Below, piece by piece: positions 1 through 9,248 of a stretch of 64,000 nt of DNA. Position numbers and translations under genes: made by a program. The notes below the pieces were generated by a model. The model was not told the origin of the DNA. It searched no databases and saw nothing but the letters and a program-made list of their open reading frames with translations. The stretch is from Terriglobia bacterium (GTDB lineage Bacteria > Acidobacteriota > Terriglobia > Bryobacterales > UBA6623). The stretch's first letter is position 1. Every line of letters begins with the position of its first letter. The DNA is taken from assembly GCA_009838515.1 (NCBI GenBank), contig VXRL01000004.1:8863-72862 (forward strand), read 5' to 3'.

Positions 1-1463
1 CAGAAGTCGAGCAGGGCGGCGGCCAGGGCCGCTGCGGCGCCGGACTGGGCGAGCGCCGCCCCCATCCCGAGAGCTGCGGCAACGGCCACCAGAACTCGGA
101 GCGGAATCGCCTCGAAGGCTTGGTTCGCGCTCACGCAGCCCGTGAGGATCATGAGCAGGGCCGCGCATAGGCAGATCACCACCGGCGGCCACGCCGTGAA
201 CGCCACGCCTGCCACCAAGAGCCCGGTTACAGCCACTGCCCGCCACATGCGGTCGTGCCGGGGCTGGGCGAAGCTCGACACCGGCGAGACCAGGCAAAAG
301 TCACTGGAATTGCGGTAGTGGTCGGCGAAGCCCGGCGGGGTCTCCAGCAGCAGCGTGTCGCCGGGATGCAACTTGATGTCCCCGACCTTGCGGCGAATCA
401 AGGCGCCGCTGCGATGCACCGCGACCACGGCAGCGTTGAAGACGGTCCGAAAGCGGGCCTGGCGCACGCTCTTGCCCGCAAGCGGCGAGCTGGCTGGAAT
501 GACTGCCTCGACGAGTTCGCGGTCAGCCGAAGGGTCTCCCGCGTCGTCCTGATGATGCTGCGTGGGGGCCAGCCCGCGGATGCGCTGCAGGTCGACCACC
601 GAGTCCAGCACGCCCGTGAACCCCAGTCGGTCCCCGGCCCTCAACGTCGTTTCCGGGCCGGGGGCCGGAATGACGAGGCCGCCGCGTTCGATCTCGAACA
701 GGAACAGGCCGGGCAGGCTGCGGAGCCCGGCCGACTCGATTGTCGCTCCCGCAGCGGGAGAGTCCGGCAGCACGTCCATTTGCACGGTATAGCGGCGGGC
801 GCTGTCCCATTCGTCCGCTAGCGGCTGGCGCTCGGGCAACAGTCCGGGCGAGGCACAGACGAGGTAAGCCAGGCCGACTCCGGCCAGCGGCAGGCCCAGC
901 AGGGCGGGTCCCCAGAACTGCAGCTGGGACGAGGGGGCGGCGAGGCCGGAATCGGCCAGGTAGTTGACGTACAGGCCCATCACGATGAGGTTGGAGGCGC
1001 TGCCGACGAGCGTCAGCTGCCCGCCCAGAATCGACGAGAAGCTCAGCGGCATGAGCAACTTGGACGGGCTGACGCGGATTCGCTTGGCCCAATCGCGCAC
1101 GATCGGCAGGTACATTGCCACGACTGGAGTATTGTTGATGAAGGCAGAGAGCAGCGTGACCGGGATGATCAGGCGCAACTGGGCGCCGCGCACCGAGCGA
1201 GGACGGCCCAACAGCCGGTTTGCCAAGGCGGTCGATGCGCCGGTCTCGAACAGGCCGGCGGCCACTACGAAGAGCGCCCCGATGGCGACCACCGCTGGAT
1301 GGGCGAACCCGGCCAGCGCGGATGCGGGATCGACCGCGCCGATCAAGATCTGGGCCAGCAGGCCGGCCAGCATCGCCGTTTCCACGGCGACGCGATTGGT
1401 GGCAAGGGCTGTGACCACCGCCACGACCACGCAGAGGGCCAGCAGGCCTGCCAAGGGCATCAT
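1..1463 (-). CDS. SLC13/DASS-type anion permease with two internal TrkA-C (RCK_C)-like domains; its 3' end runs off the left edge of the window
   Basis: Absent from the ORF track because it has no stop in the window. My reverse-complement translation from ATG 1463 reads MMPLAGLLALCVVVAVV..GFAHPAVVAIGALFVVAAGLFETG..FINNTPVVAMYLPIV..SNLIVMGLY. Two soluble segments follow (RRYTVQMDVLPDSPAAGATIESAGLR..; RELVEAVIPASSPLAGKSVRQARFR..GDTLLLE), then more TM helices. The track ORFs covering this region (523..1929 -, the N-terminus of 964..2742 +) look like off-frame products. Confidence 0.8.
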   Translation of the reverse strand, partial: MMPLAGLLALCVVVAVVTALATNRVAVETAMLAGLLAQILIGAVDPASALAGFAHPAVVAIGALFVVAAGLFETGASTALANRLLGRPRSVRGAQLRLIIPVTLLSAFINNTPVVAMYLPIVRDWAKRIRVSPSKLLMPLSFSSILGGQLTLVGSASNLIVMGLYVNYLADSGLAAPSSQLQFWGPALLGLPLAGVGLAYLVCASPGLLPERQPLADEWDSARRYTVQMDVLPDSPAAGATIESAGLRSLPGLFLFEIERGGLVIPAPGPETTLRAGDRLGFTGVLDSVVDLQRIRGLAPTQHHQDDAGDPSADRELVEAVIPASSPLAGKSVRQARFRTVFNAAVVAVHRSGALIRRKVGDIKLHPGDTLLLETPPGFADHYRNSSDFCLVSPVSSFAQPRHDRMWRAVAVTGLLVAGVAFTAWPPVVICLCAALLMILTGCVSANQAFEAIPLRVLVAVAAALGMGAALAQSGAAAALAAALLDF

Positions 1464-2742
1464 TGCCAGAATATCGGAAGCGTCCGGCTGCAGCGGGCCG
1501 GCGCTTCCCGGGCTCGTCGCGGTTGGACTGGCCGCGTGCGCCGTCGCGCTCGGCCAGCCTGCGGGCTTCAACTACGACGAGGCGGCCGTGCCGTCTTACG
1601 AGCTCCCGCAGCTTCTGCGCCGCGCAGACGGCGGCGCGGTGAAGACGGCGGCGGATTGGCGCGCCCGCCGCGCCGAGATCTTGGAGCTGTTCCGGGACCA
1701 GGTTTACGGCGCCGCCCCTCCAGCCCCGCCCGACTTGGAGTTCAGAGTCTTGGAAGAGGACGCTGCGGCGCTCGACGGGCTGGCGCATCGCAAGCAGGTG
1801 CGGGTCGATTTTGGCGATGCCGCGGGGGTGTCGAGCATGCAGATCCTGCTCTACACGCCGGCACGGGCCGGCGGCCCCGTTCCGGTCTTCTTGGGCCTGA
1901 ATTTCGGCGGCAACCACACCGTCCACCAAGATCCCGCGATCCTGCTCGCGGACCGCATCACTGCGGACGGTGTCGCAGAGGGGAGCGATGTGGATCGGGG
2001 CAGCCGCTCCAGCCGCTGGCAGGTGGAGATGCTGCTACGCCGCGGCTACGGCGTCGCGACGGTGTATTGCGGCGATCTCGACCCGGACTTCGACGATGGA
2101 TTCCGCAACGGCGTCCATCCGCTCGCCCCGCCCGAGGATCCGGGCGACTGGGGCGCCATCGCGGCCTGGGCGTGGGGCCTGAGCCGGGCGCTGGACTACC
2201 TGCAGACGGACTCGCAAGTGGCAGGTGCGCGTGTGGCGGTCATCGGCCATTCCCGCCTGGGCAAGACGGCGCTGTGGGCCGGCGCGCGCGACGAGCGCTT
2301 CGCAATGGTGATCTCCAACGATTCGGGATGCGGCGGTGCGGCCTTGAGCCGCCGCCGGTTCGGCGAGACCGTGGAGCGCATCAACACGCGCTTCCCACAC
2401 TGGTTCGCCGACAACTTCGCCGCTTACAACGGCAAGGAAGACGAGCTTCCCGTGGACCAGCACATGCTGCTGGCGCTGGTCGCTCCCCGCCCGCTCTACG
2501 TGGCCAGCGCCGCGGAGGATCTGTGGGCGGACCCGCAAGGCGAGTTCCTCGCGGCCCGGCATGCGGGCGAGGCGTACGAGCTGCTCGACCGGCGTTCCCT
2601 GGGAGTGTTGCAGCGCCCTGCGGTGAACGAGCCGGTGATGCGCGACGTGGGCTATCACATCCGCGCCGGCAAGCACGACATCACGGCCTATGATTGGGAG
2701 CGCTACGCCGAGTTCGCGGACAGCCACTGGCCCCGAGACTGA
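1411..2742 (+). CDS. Secreted CE15-like glucuronoyl/acetylxylan esterase (alpha/beta hydrolase); start uncertain
   Basis: The C-terminal ~430 aa of track ORF 964..2742 contain GHSRLGKTALWAGARDERF (nucleophile-elbow type), NDSGCGGAAL and GYHIRAGKHDIT. The hydrophobic stretch PALPGLVAVGLAACAVALG looks like a signal peptide. No ATG/GTG/TTG lies in frame between 1464 and 1560. The nearest candidates, GTG 1411, GTG 1399 and TTG 1396, overlap the divergent permease start. Confidence 0.7.
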   Translation: MTTATTTQRASRPAKGIIARISEASGCSGPALPGLVAVGLAACAVALGQPAGFNYDEAAVPSYELPQLLRRADGGAVKTAADWRARRAEILELFRDQVYGAAPPAPPDLEFRVLEEDAAALDGLAHRKQVRVDFGDAAGVSSMQILLYTPARAGGPVPVFLGLNFGGNHTVHQDPAILLADRITADGVAEGSDVDRGSRSSRWQVEMLLRRGYGVATVYCGDLDPDFDDGFRNGVHPLAPPEDPGDWGAIAAWAWGLSRALDYLQTDSQVAGARVAVIGHSRLGKTALWAGARDERFAMVISNDSGCGGAALSRRRFGETVERINTRFPHWFADNFAAYNGKEDELPVDQHMLLALVAPRPLYVASAAEDLWADPQGEFLAARHAGEAYELLDRRSLGVLQRPAVNEPVMRDVGYHIRAGKHDITAYDWERYAEFADSHWPRD

Positions 2743-2831
2743 CGTCGCCCAAAGGCACCGAATTGCAGCCAGGCTGTTGCCGAAATCCCCAGAACTCGAT
2801 ACAGTAACTTGCGGGAGCAGGTCGAACACGA

Positions 2832-5165
2832 ATGCGGGGCCTCGCCACATCGACTGGCCGCTGCGCGCTCGCCTTGTGCTTGAGCGCCGGGCTTGCGCAG
2901 GTTCGCGCCTCTCCGGCGTCCAGCCACAGGTCCACGCTGGATCGCTTCTGCGTCGGATGCCATGGCGGAGACAGCGCCTCAGCCGACCTGCGCCTCGATA
3001 GCGCGGACTTGGAGGGAGTGCATGACGCTCCCGAGCTGTGGGAGCGCGTGGTGCACAAGCTGCGCACCGGCACGATGCCCCCGCCGAACATGCCCCAGCC
3101 CCCCGTGGCGGATCGGGAAGTCTTGCTGGACTGGCTGGAGGCCTCGCTCGACGCGGCGGCGCTGCGCTCGCCCAACCCCGGGCGCACCGAGGCGCTGCGA
3201 CGCCTGAACCGGACCGAGTACCAGAACGCGGTCCGCGACCTGCTGGCTGTCGAAATCGACGCCGATGCGCTGCTTCCGCAGGACGAGAGCGGGCACGGCT
3301 TCGACAATGTCAATGTCTCCGATCTGTCGCCTTTGCTGCTCGGCCGCTACATCTCTGCGGCCCAGAAGATCAGTCGACTGGCGGTAGGCAGCGGCCAGCT
3401 AGAGCCGAACAGCGACATCATCCGCGTGAAGCCCGACGTCACCCAAGAGCACCACGTGCCCGGGCTGCCGCTCGGCTCGCGCGGGGGCGTCTCCGTGACG
3501 CACGCCTTCGTGCAGGACGGCGACTACGAGATCCAGATCTGGCTCTCGCGCAACCGCAACGAGGAAATCGAGGGCTTGCGACGCGAGCACAAGGTTCACC
3601 TGCTTCTCGACCGGCAGCGGATCGAAACATTCACGGTGCGCCCGCCCGTGGACCGCTTCGACTACTCGCAGGTCGACAAGCATCTCAGGAAGCGCGTCGC
3701 GGTGACGGCCGGGCCGCACGAGCTCGCCGTGACGTTTCCCAAGACCGAGTCCTCATTGCTGGAGACCATGCGGCAGCCGACACAGTCGCGCTTCAACATG
3801 CACCGCCACCCGCGGACAGCGCCCGCAGTGTTCCAGATCTCGGTCACTGGCCCTTACTCGGGCCGCAGCCCGGCGGATACTCCGAGCCGCCGCCGGCTTT
3901 TCACGTGCAGGCCGACCGGACCAGCGGACGAAGCGGGCTGCGCCAGGCAGATCCTTTCCGGACTCGTACGCCGGGCCTATCGCCGCCCGGTCAGCGACGA
4001 AGACTTGCTCCGCCCCTTGGAGTTTTTCCGCGAGGGACGGCAGAACGGCGGATTCGACGCGGGTATCGAGCGGGCGCTGACAGCGGTGCTGGTGAGCCCC
4101 GAATTCCTGTTCCGGACCGAGGCGGCCGCGCCCAGCCCCGGCGCGGCTCGGATCAACTCGGTAGAGCTGGCCTCGCGCATTTCGTTCTTCCTCTGGAGTA
4201 GCATCCCTGACGACGAGTTGCTCGCGGCAGCGGCCAGCGGCGAGCTGGGCAGCGACGAAGGCTTGGAGCGGCAGGTGCGCAGGATGCTGGCCGACCCGCG
4301 GGCTGCAAATTTCGCCACCAACTTTGCCGGGCAGTGGCTGCGCTTGCGCAGCTTGGAATCGTTCTCACCCGATGCCCGGCTGTTCCCCGACTTCGACGAC
4401 AACCTGCGGCAGGCGCTGCGCAGAGAGACCGAATTGTTCGTGCAGAGCATCGTGTCGGAAGACCGCAGCGTGCTGGACTTGATCAAGGCCGACTACACGT
4501 ACCTCAACGAGCGGCTGGCCAAGCACTACGGAATCGGCGCCGTGTACGGCACGCGCTTCCGGCGCGTTGCCTTGGATTCGACGAGCAAGCGCGGAGGCTT
4601 GTTGCGCCACGGCAGTGTGCTGACGGTGACTTCCTACCCGACGCGGACTTCTCCGGTCCTGCGCGGCACGTGGGTGCTGGAGAACATCTTCGGCGCTCCC
4701 CCGCCTCCGCCCCCGCCGAACGTGCCGGCATTGGACAACGCCGTCTCGGCATCGCTGCCGATGCGGGAGCGCCTGGGCGCCCACCGCGACAACCCGGCCT
4801 GCGCGAGCTGCCACCAGACCATCGACCCGGTCGGTTTCGCGCTGGAGAACTTCGATGCCCTGGGCCGCTGGCGGGACTACGAAGACGGTCTCGAGGTGGA
4901 TGCGGCGGGCGGGCTGCCGGGCGCGGGCGAGTCCGCTCACGGCGTGGCCGGCCTAGAGCAGGCCCTGCTGGCCAGGCCGGAGCTGTTCGTCGGGACGCTG
5001 ACGCGGAAGTTGCTGACTTTCGCACTGGGACGCGGGGCGGAGTACTACGACGCCCCGGCGGTGCGCAAGATCCTGCGCGACGCGAAACCGCGAGGCTACC
5101 GCTTCTCGGACCTTGTGCTCGGGATCGTCAAGAGCGTACCTTTTGGTATGAGGAGTTCGACGTGA
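2832..5165 (+). CDS. DUF1592/DUF1588/DUF1585-type protein (planctomycete 'PSD/PSCyt' architecture) with two CxxCH motifs
   Basis: 777-aa ORF with a signal-like N-terminus (MRGLATSTGRCALALCLSAGLAQV). It has CVGCH at nt 2949-2963 and CASCHQTIDPVGFALENFDALGRWRD at 4800-4814 onward. Typical family blocks are present: FFLWSSIPDDELL, FAGQWLRLRSL, LLRHGSVLTVTSYPTRTSPVLRG. Confidence 0.85.
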   Translation: MRGLATSTGRCALALCLSAGLAQVRASPASSHRSTLDRFCVGCHGGDSASADLRLDSADLEGVHDAPELWERVVHKLRTGTMPPPNMPQPPVADREVLLDWLEASLDAAALRSPNPGRTEALRRLNRTEYQNAVRDLLAVEIDADALLPQDESGHGFDNVNVSDLSPLLLGRYISAAQKISRLAVGSGQLEPNSDIIRVKPDVTQEHHVPGLPLGSRGGVSVTHAFVQDGDYEIQIWLSRNRNEEIEGLRREHKVHLLLDRQRIETFTVRPPVDRFDYSQVDKHLRKRVAVTAGPHELAVTFPKTESSLLETMRQPTQSRFNMHRHPRTAPAVFQISVTGPYSGRSPADTPSRRRLFTCRPTGPADEAGCARQILSGLVRRAYRRPVSDEDLLRPLEFFREGRQNGGFDAGIERALTAVLVSPEFLFRTEAAAPSPGAARINSVELASRISFFLWSSIPDDELLAAAASGELGSDEGLERQVRRMLADPRAANFATNFAGQWLRLRSLESFSPDARLFPDFDDNLRQALRRETELFVQSIVSEDRSVLDLIKADYTYLNERLAKHYGIGAVYGTRFRRVALDSTSKRGGLLRHGSVLTVTSYPTRTSPVLRGTWVLENIFGAPPPPPPPNVPALDNAVSASLPMRERLGAHRDNPACASCHQTIDPVGFALENFDALGRWRDYEDGLEVDAAGGLPGAGESAHGVAGLEQALLARPELFVGTLTRKLLTFALGRGAEYYDAPAVRKILRDAKPRGYRFSDLVLGIVKSVPFGMRSST

Positions 5166-6505
5166 TCATTACGAAGAAAGCCCTCCCGCGGCGCACATTC
5201 CTGCGCGGCATGCAGGCGTCGCTGGCGCTGCCGCTGCTCGATGCGATGGTGCCGGCCGCCACCGCTTGGGACAAGACGCCCGCCAAGCCGGTTCCACGAC
5301 TGAACTTCGTGTTCATCCCCATGGGCTGCGACCACTCGCGCTGGACGCCGCCGGACGCGCCCAAGCTCGAGGAGCTGTCGCCGATTCTCAGCCCGCTGGA
5401 GCCGCTCAAGGACAGCTTGATCGTCTTCACCAACTTCGACCTCCAGAACGCGTACCCGGGCACGCACTCGACATCGAACGCGGCGTTTCTCAGCGCAGCC
5501 TTCGCCAAGCACACCGAGAGTTCGGACTACTACCTCGGCACCACGGTCGACCAGCATGCCGCGCGGCAGCTGGGCAAGGACACCCAGCTGCCCTCGCTGG
5601 AGTTGTCGATGGACCTGCTGCAGACCGTCGGGCAGTGCAACAACGGCTATGCGTGCGTCTACCAGAACAACTTGTCTTGGTCGTCGCCAACCGATCCGCT
5701 GCCTTCGGAGGCGCACCCGCGCATGGTCTTCGAGCGGCTGTTCGGCGCGGGCGGCAGCGTCGAGGACCGCCAGGCCGCACTGCGCGAGCGGGCGAGCCTG
5801 CTGGACTGGGTGCGCGACGACGTGGCGCGCCTCAAGTCCAAGCTCGGCCAGGGCGACCGGGCCAGGGTGGACGGATATCTCAACAGCATCAGGGAAGTGG
5901 AGCGCGAGATCCAGCGGGCCGAGGCGACGGCGGCCGACAACCCGCTGCCGGACCTCGACCGGCCGCAGGGCGTTCCGGCGGCTTATGCGGATCACGCGAG
6001 GGTGATGTTCGACTTGCAAAGGCTGGCCTTGCAGGGGGACATCACGCGAGTGATCACCTTCCAGCTTGCCCGCGAGCTGAGCGGGCGCACCTACCCCGAA
6101 GTGGGCGTGCCGGATCCGCACCACCCGCTAAGCCATCACGGCAACGATCCCGAGAAGGTCGAGAAGATCTCGCGGATCAACAAGTTCCACGTGTCGCTGT
6201 TCGCAGAGCACCTGCAAAAGCTCCGCGATACGCCCGACGGCGACGGTTCGCTGCTGGATCACTCGGTCCTGCTCTACGGCAGCGGGATGGGGAATCCGAG
6301 CACGCACGATCACGACAACTTGCCGATTCTGGTCGCGGGCGGGTCTTCTTGCGGCGTGCGCGGAGGGCGGCATGTCAAGTTCGACGAGGGCACTCCCCTG
6401 GCCAACCTGCACCTGACGCTGCTGGACCGCGTGGGTGTCTACATGGATTCCTTCGGCGACAGCAGCGGGAAGATCGATGGCCTGTTTGAGGCCGCGCCGG
6501 TCTAG
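5162..6505 (+). CDS. DUF1552 domain protein with a twin-arginine signal
   Basis: GTG 5162 overlaps the upstream stop (GTGA, 5162-5165). The N-terminus is VIITKKALPRRTFLRGMQASLALPLL. Conserved blocks are LPSLELS, GSGMGNPSTHDHDNLPILVAGG and GTPLANLHLTLLDRVGV. The track's 4334.. extension is off-frame junk fused upstream. Confidence 0.85.
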   Translation: MIITKKALPRRTFLRGMQASLALPLLDAMVPAATAWDKTPAKPVPRLNFVFIPMGCDHSRWTPPDAPKLEELSPILSPLEPLKDSLIVFTNFDLQNAYPGTHSTSNAAFLSAAFAKHTESSDYYLGTTVDQHAARQLGKDTQLPSLELSMDLLQTVGQCNNGYACVYQNNLSWSSPTDPLPSEAHPRMVFERLFGAGGSVEDRQAALRERASLLDWVRDDVARLKSKLGQGDRARVDGYLNSIREVEREIQRAEATAADNPLPDLDRPQGVPAAYADHARVMFDLQRLALQGDITRVITFQLARELSGRTYPEVGVPDPHHPLSHHGNDPEKVEKISRINKFHVSLFAEHLQKLRDTPDGDGSLLDHSVLLYGSGMGNPSTHDHDNLPILVAGGSSCGVRGGRHVKFDEGTPLANLHLTLLDRVGVYMDSFGDSSGKIDGLFEAAPV

Positions 6506-6542
6506 GCCCTGGGGCCGGACCGAACAGTTGGAGGCTTGACAC

Positions 6543-8060
6543 ATGCGCTGGAAAGCAATCGGAGCGTTGGCGGTGCTGCTGGCGCTCGCTGGGACGACGG
6601 CGACTGGCGCGGACTTGGTCAGCGCCGCCGAGGCAGGCGACACGGCGGCGGTGCGGGCGCAGCTCGGCAGCGGCGCGAACGTCAACGCGGCTGATTCTGA
6701 CGGCACGACGGCGTTGCACTGGGCGGCCTACTTGGGGAACCTCGACATGGCGCAGGCGCTGGTCACCGCCGGAGCGGACGCCAGCGCGCGGAACGCCTAC
6801 GGGGTCCAGCCGATTTCCCTTGCCAGCGGCAGCGGCAGCGGAGAGCTGGTCAAGCTGCTGCTCGAAGCCGGCGCGGACGCAAACGTGGTTCGCGATGGCG
6901 GGGAGACCGCGCTCATGACAGCGGCGCGGACTGGAAACTCGGAAGCGGTCGAGGCCTTGCTGGCCCGCGGGGCCGATCCAAACGCAACCGAGCGGAACGC
7001 GCAGACGGCCCTGATGTGGGCCTCGGCGGAGGGCCACGAGCAGGTTGTGAAGGCTCTCATTGCCGGGGGCGCGGACCTGAAGGCCACGCTGGACTCGGGA
7101 TTTAACCCATTCTTCTTCGCGGTCCGCGAGGGGCACGCCGACGTGGCGCGGGCGCTAATGGCGGCCGGCTACGACGTCAACGAGGTCCTGCATCGCAGGT
7201 CGCGGCCGCAATACCAGCACGCCGACAGCGGCATGAGCCCTCTGATCATGGCGATCGAAAACGGCCACTTCGAGCTTGCGGTGGCGTTGCTGGAAGCCGG
7301 CGCCGACCCGAATGAGGAGCGTACCGGCTACACCCCGTTGCACACCATCACCTGGGTGCGCAAGCCGAAGAACAGCGACTACGGCAGCGACCCGGCGCCG
7401 GAAGGCTCCGGAAACCTGTCGAGCCTGCAATTCGTGCGGGCCTTGGTCGCAATGGGCGCGGACGTCAATCGCGGGCTGGCGAACGGCAAGTCCATAGCAC
7501 CGAAGATCAATATTCAGGGGGCGACGCCGTTCCTGTTCGCGGCCGACAAGGCGGACGTGCCGTTGATGAAGACTCTGTTGGATCTCGGCGCTGATCCGAT
7601 GTTGCCGAACGTGGAGGGCACAACACCGCTGATGGCGGCCGCGGGCCTTGGCACGACGGCACCGCTGGAGGAGGCGGGCACGGAGCAGGAGGCCTACGAG
7701 GCGACCAAGCTGCTACTTTCGCTCGGCGCAGACATTCACGCGGTGGACAGCAACGGCGAGACCGTGATGCACGGCGCCGCCTACGGTAGCTTTCCGACGG
7801 TGATTCACTTGCTGGCCGAGAGCGGCGCCGATCCCGGGCTTTGGAAGCGGCCCAACAAGCACGGCTGGACGCCCCTGTTCATCGCGGAGGGCTACCGGCC
7901 CGGCAATTTCAAGCCCGCGCCGCTGGTGATCGCGACGCTGGAGCAGCTCATGGGTGCGGTAGGGATTTCGACCGAGGGCCCGCGCCCCCGGCATGTCGGA
8001 ACCTACGAGAAGGCCCGCCTGGCAAGGCGGCAGGTGAAGATCGACCCGCGTCAGCCCTGA
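6543..8060 (+). CDS. Secreted ankyrin-repeat protein (~11 repeats)
   Basis: GGAGG lies 8 nt upstream of the ATG. The signal peptide is MRWKAIGALAVLLALAGTTATGA. The repeat motif G(A/S)D(V/P/A)N..D..G.T(A/P)L..AA recurs about 11 times. Confidence 0.9.
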   Translation: MRWKAIGALAVLLALAGTTATGADLVSAAEAGDTAAVRAQLGSGANVNAADSDGTTALHWAAYLGNLDMAQALVTAGADASARNAYGVQPISLASGSGSGELVKLLLEAGADANVVRDGGETALMTAARTGNSEAVEALLARGADPNATERNAQTALMWASAEGHEQVVKALIAGGADLKATLDSGFNPFFFAVREGHADVARALMAAGYDVNEVLHRRSRPQYQHADSGMSPLIMAIENGHFELAVALLEAGADPNEERTGYTPLHTITWVRKPKNSDYGSDPAPEGSGNLSSLQFVRALVAMGADVNRGLANGKSIAPKINIQGATPFLFAADKADVPLMKTLLDLGADPMLPNVEGTTPLMAAAGLGTTAPLEEAGTEQEAYEATKLLLSLGADIHAVDSNGETVMHGAAYGSFPTVIHLLAESGADPGLWKRPNKHGWTPLFIAEGYRPGNFKPAPLVIATLEQLMGAVGISTEGPRPRHVGTYEKARLARRQVKIDPRQP

Positions 8061-8227
8061 CCGAGAGAACGCCTCTCGCGGGTCACGGTACACCAGGCCG
8101 CCGAATCTGCGCCGCAAAGCCCGGTCCGAGACCGGGCGAAACCTCGGCTTGGCAGCGCTCCGGTCGCGGTGGTCACGCGGGCGAGAGAACTCCGCGCCAG
8201 CGGCAATGCCCTCGGTTGGGCCGCGGG

Positions 8228-9136
8228 CTATTGCGCCAGCGCGTCGGCAAAGAACGCCTTCATGGCAGGGTAGGTCAGCAGCCGCTGCCGCTGGAAGACG
8301 CCGTGAGTCTCTTCGTCGAAGATCATGTAGCGCACTTGCCCGGCCCCGGCATTGCGCAGCGCCTCGGCGAAGCGGTCGGACTGGCCGATGGGCACCGTCT
8401 GGTCCGCCGTTCCGTGGATTAGAAGGAACGGCGGTGCGTCGCTGCGCGCGTACGTGATCGGCGAGGCCTGACGGGCGCGGTCGCGCAGGGTGTCGCTCGG
8501 GCCGGCAAGAAACGTGCGCCCGAGGCGCTCCGGCACCGCTCCCGGCTCCCGCCAGTTGAGGAAATCGGTCGGCGTTGCCGATGCGCAAACCGCTTGTACC
8601 ATGCTCGACTGCTCTTGGTAGGAGCCGCTTCCCTCCAAGCCATCGGATTGCTTGACCAAGCCCAGCAACGACACCAAGTGGGCGCCCGCTGAATTGCCAT
8701 AGGCCCCGACACGATTGACATCGACGCCGTGCTCTGCGGCATACGCCCGCAGCCAGCGGACTGCCGCCCTGACGTCTTCGATCTGCGCCGGCCATGGCGC
8801 TTCGCCTGTCAAGCGGTAGTTGACCGATATCGCAACGTATCCCTCGCTGGCGTACTGTGCCGGTATGCGGGCCCACTGCCCTCGCTGCTTGTCTCCGCTG
8901 CGCCAGCCGCCCCCGTGCACCACCACCAGCGCGGGTCGCGGCGCGTCGGCCGTCCCTGGCGGGAGGTAGAGATCTAGCTTCTGGGCGGGGCTGTCGCCGC
9001 CGTAGGCGATGTCGAGCTCGGACTGTACGCCTGCTGGCAGCTCGAAGGGCTCGCCGGCCCGGTTGGGAGCTTGGGCAAGGCCGACTCCTGGTAGGGCCGC
9101 TAGCAATCCCGCCGGAATCACTGTTCGCATGTTCAT
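8228..9136 (-). CDS. Secreted alpha/beta hydrolase (esterase/lipase-like)
   Basis: Signal peptide MNMRTVIPAGLLAALPGVGLAQA. Motifs: HGGGW oxyanion motif, GNSAGAH (GxSxG), HGTADQTVP, and ETHG near the C-terminus. Confidence 0.85.
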   Translation of the reverse strand: MNMRTVIPAGLLAALPGVGLAQAPNRAGEPFELPAGVQSELDIAYGGDSPAQKLDLYLPPGTADAPRPALVVVHGGGWRSGDKQRGQWARIPAQYASEGYVAISVNYRLTGEAPWPAQIEDVRAAVRWLRAYAAEHGVDVNRVGAYGNSAGAHLVSLLGLVKQSDGLEGSGSYQEQSSMVQAVCASATPTDFLNWREPGAVPERLGRTFLAGPSDTLRDRARQASPITYARSDAPPFLLIHGTADQTVPIGQSDRFAEALRNAGAGQVRYMIFDEETHGVFQRQRLLTYPAMKAFFADALAQ

Positions 9137-9248
9137 CAGTATCCTCCTCCTGAGCTCAGGCGGGCCGCCCGAAACGCTGAGAATCGAAGCGGCACTTTGT
9201 CGTCTCCGACAGCGCCGAGTATGCCCCCGATTCGAGTATCATGCTGGC

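Noticed and set aside
964-1410. N-terminal extensions of track ORFs: 964.. (esterase), 9009..9248, 10555..10605, 11149..11439, 12625..12690, 19012..19104, 39975..40052, 28334..28549 (-), 39957..40010 (-) and 54325..54363.
   Set aside because: The extensions have non-coding-like composition or overlap neighbouring genes. An internal start gives a proper signal or Tat peptide, often preceded by a GGAG-like RBS.
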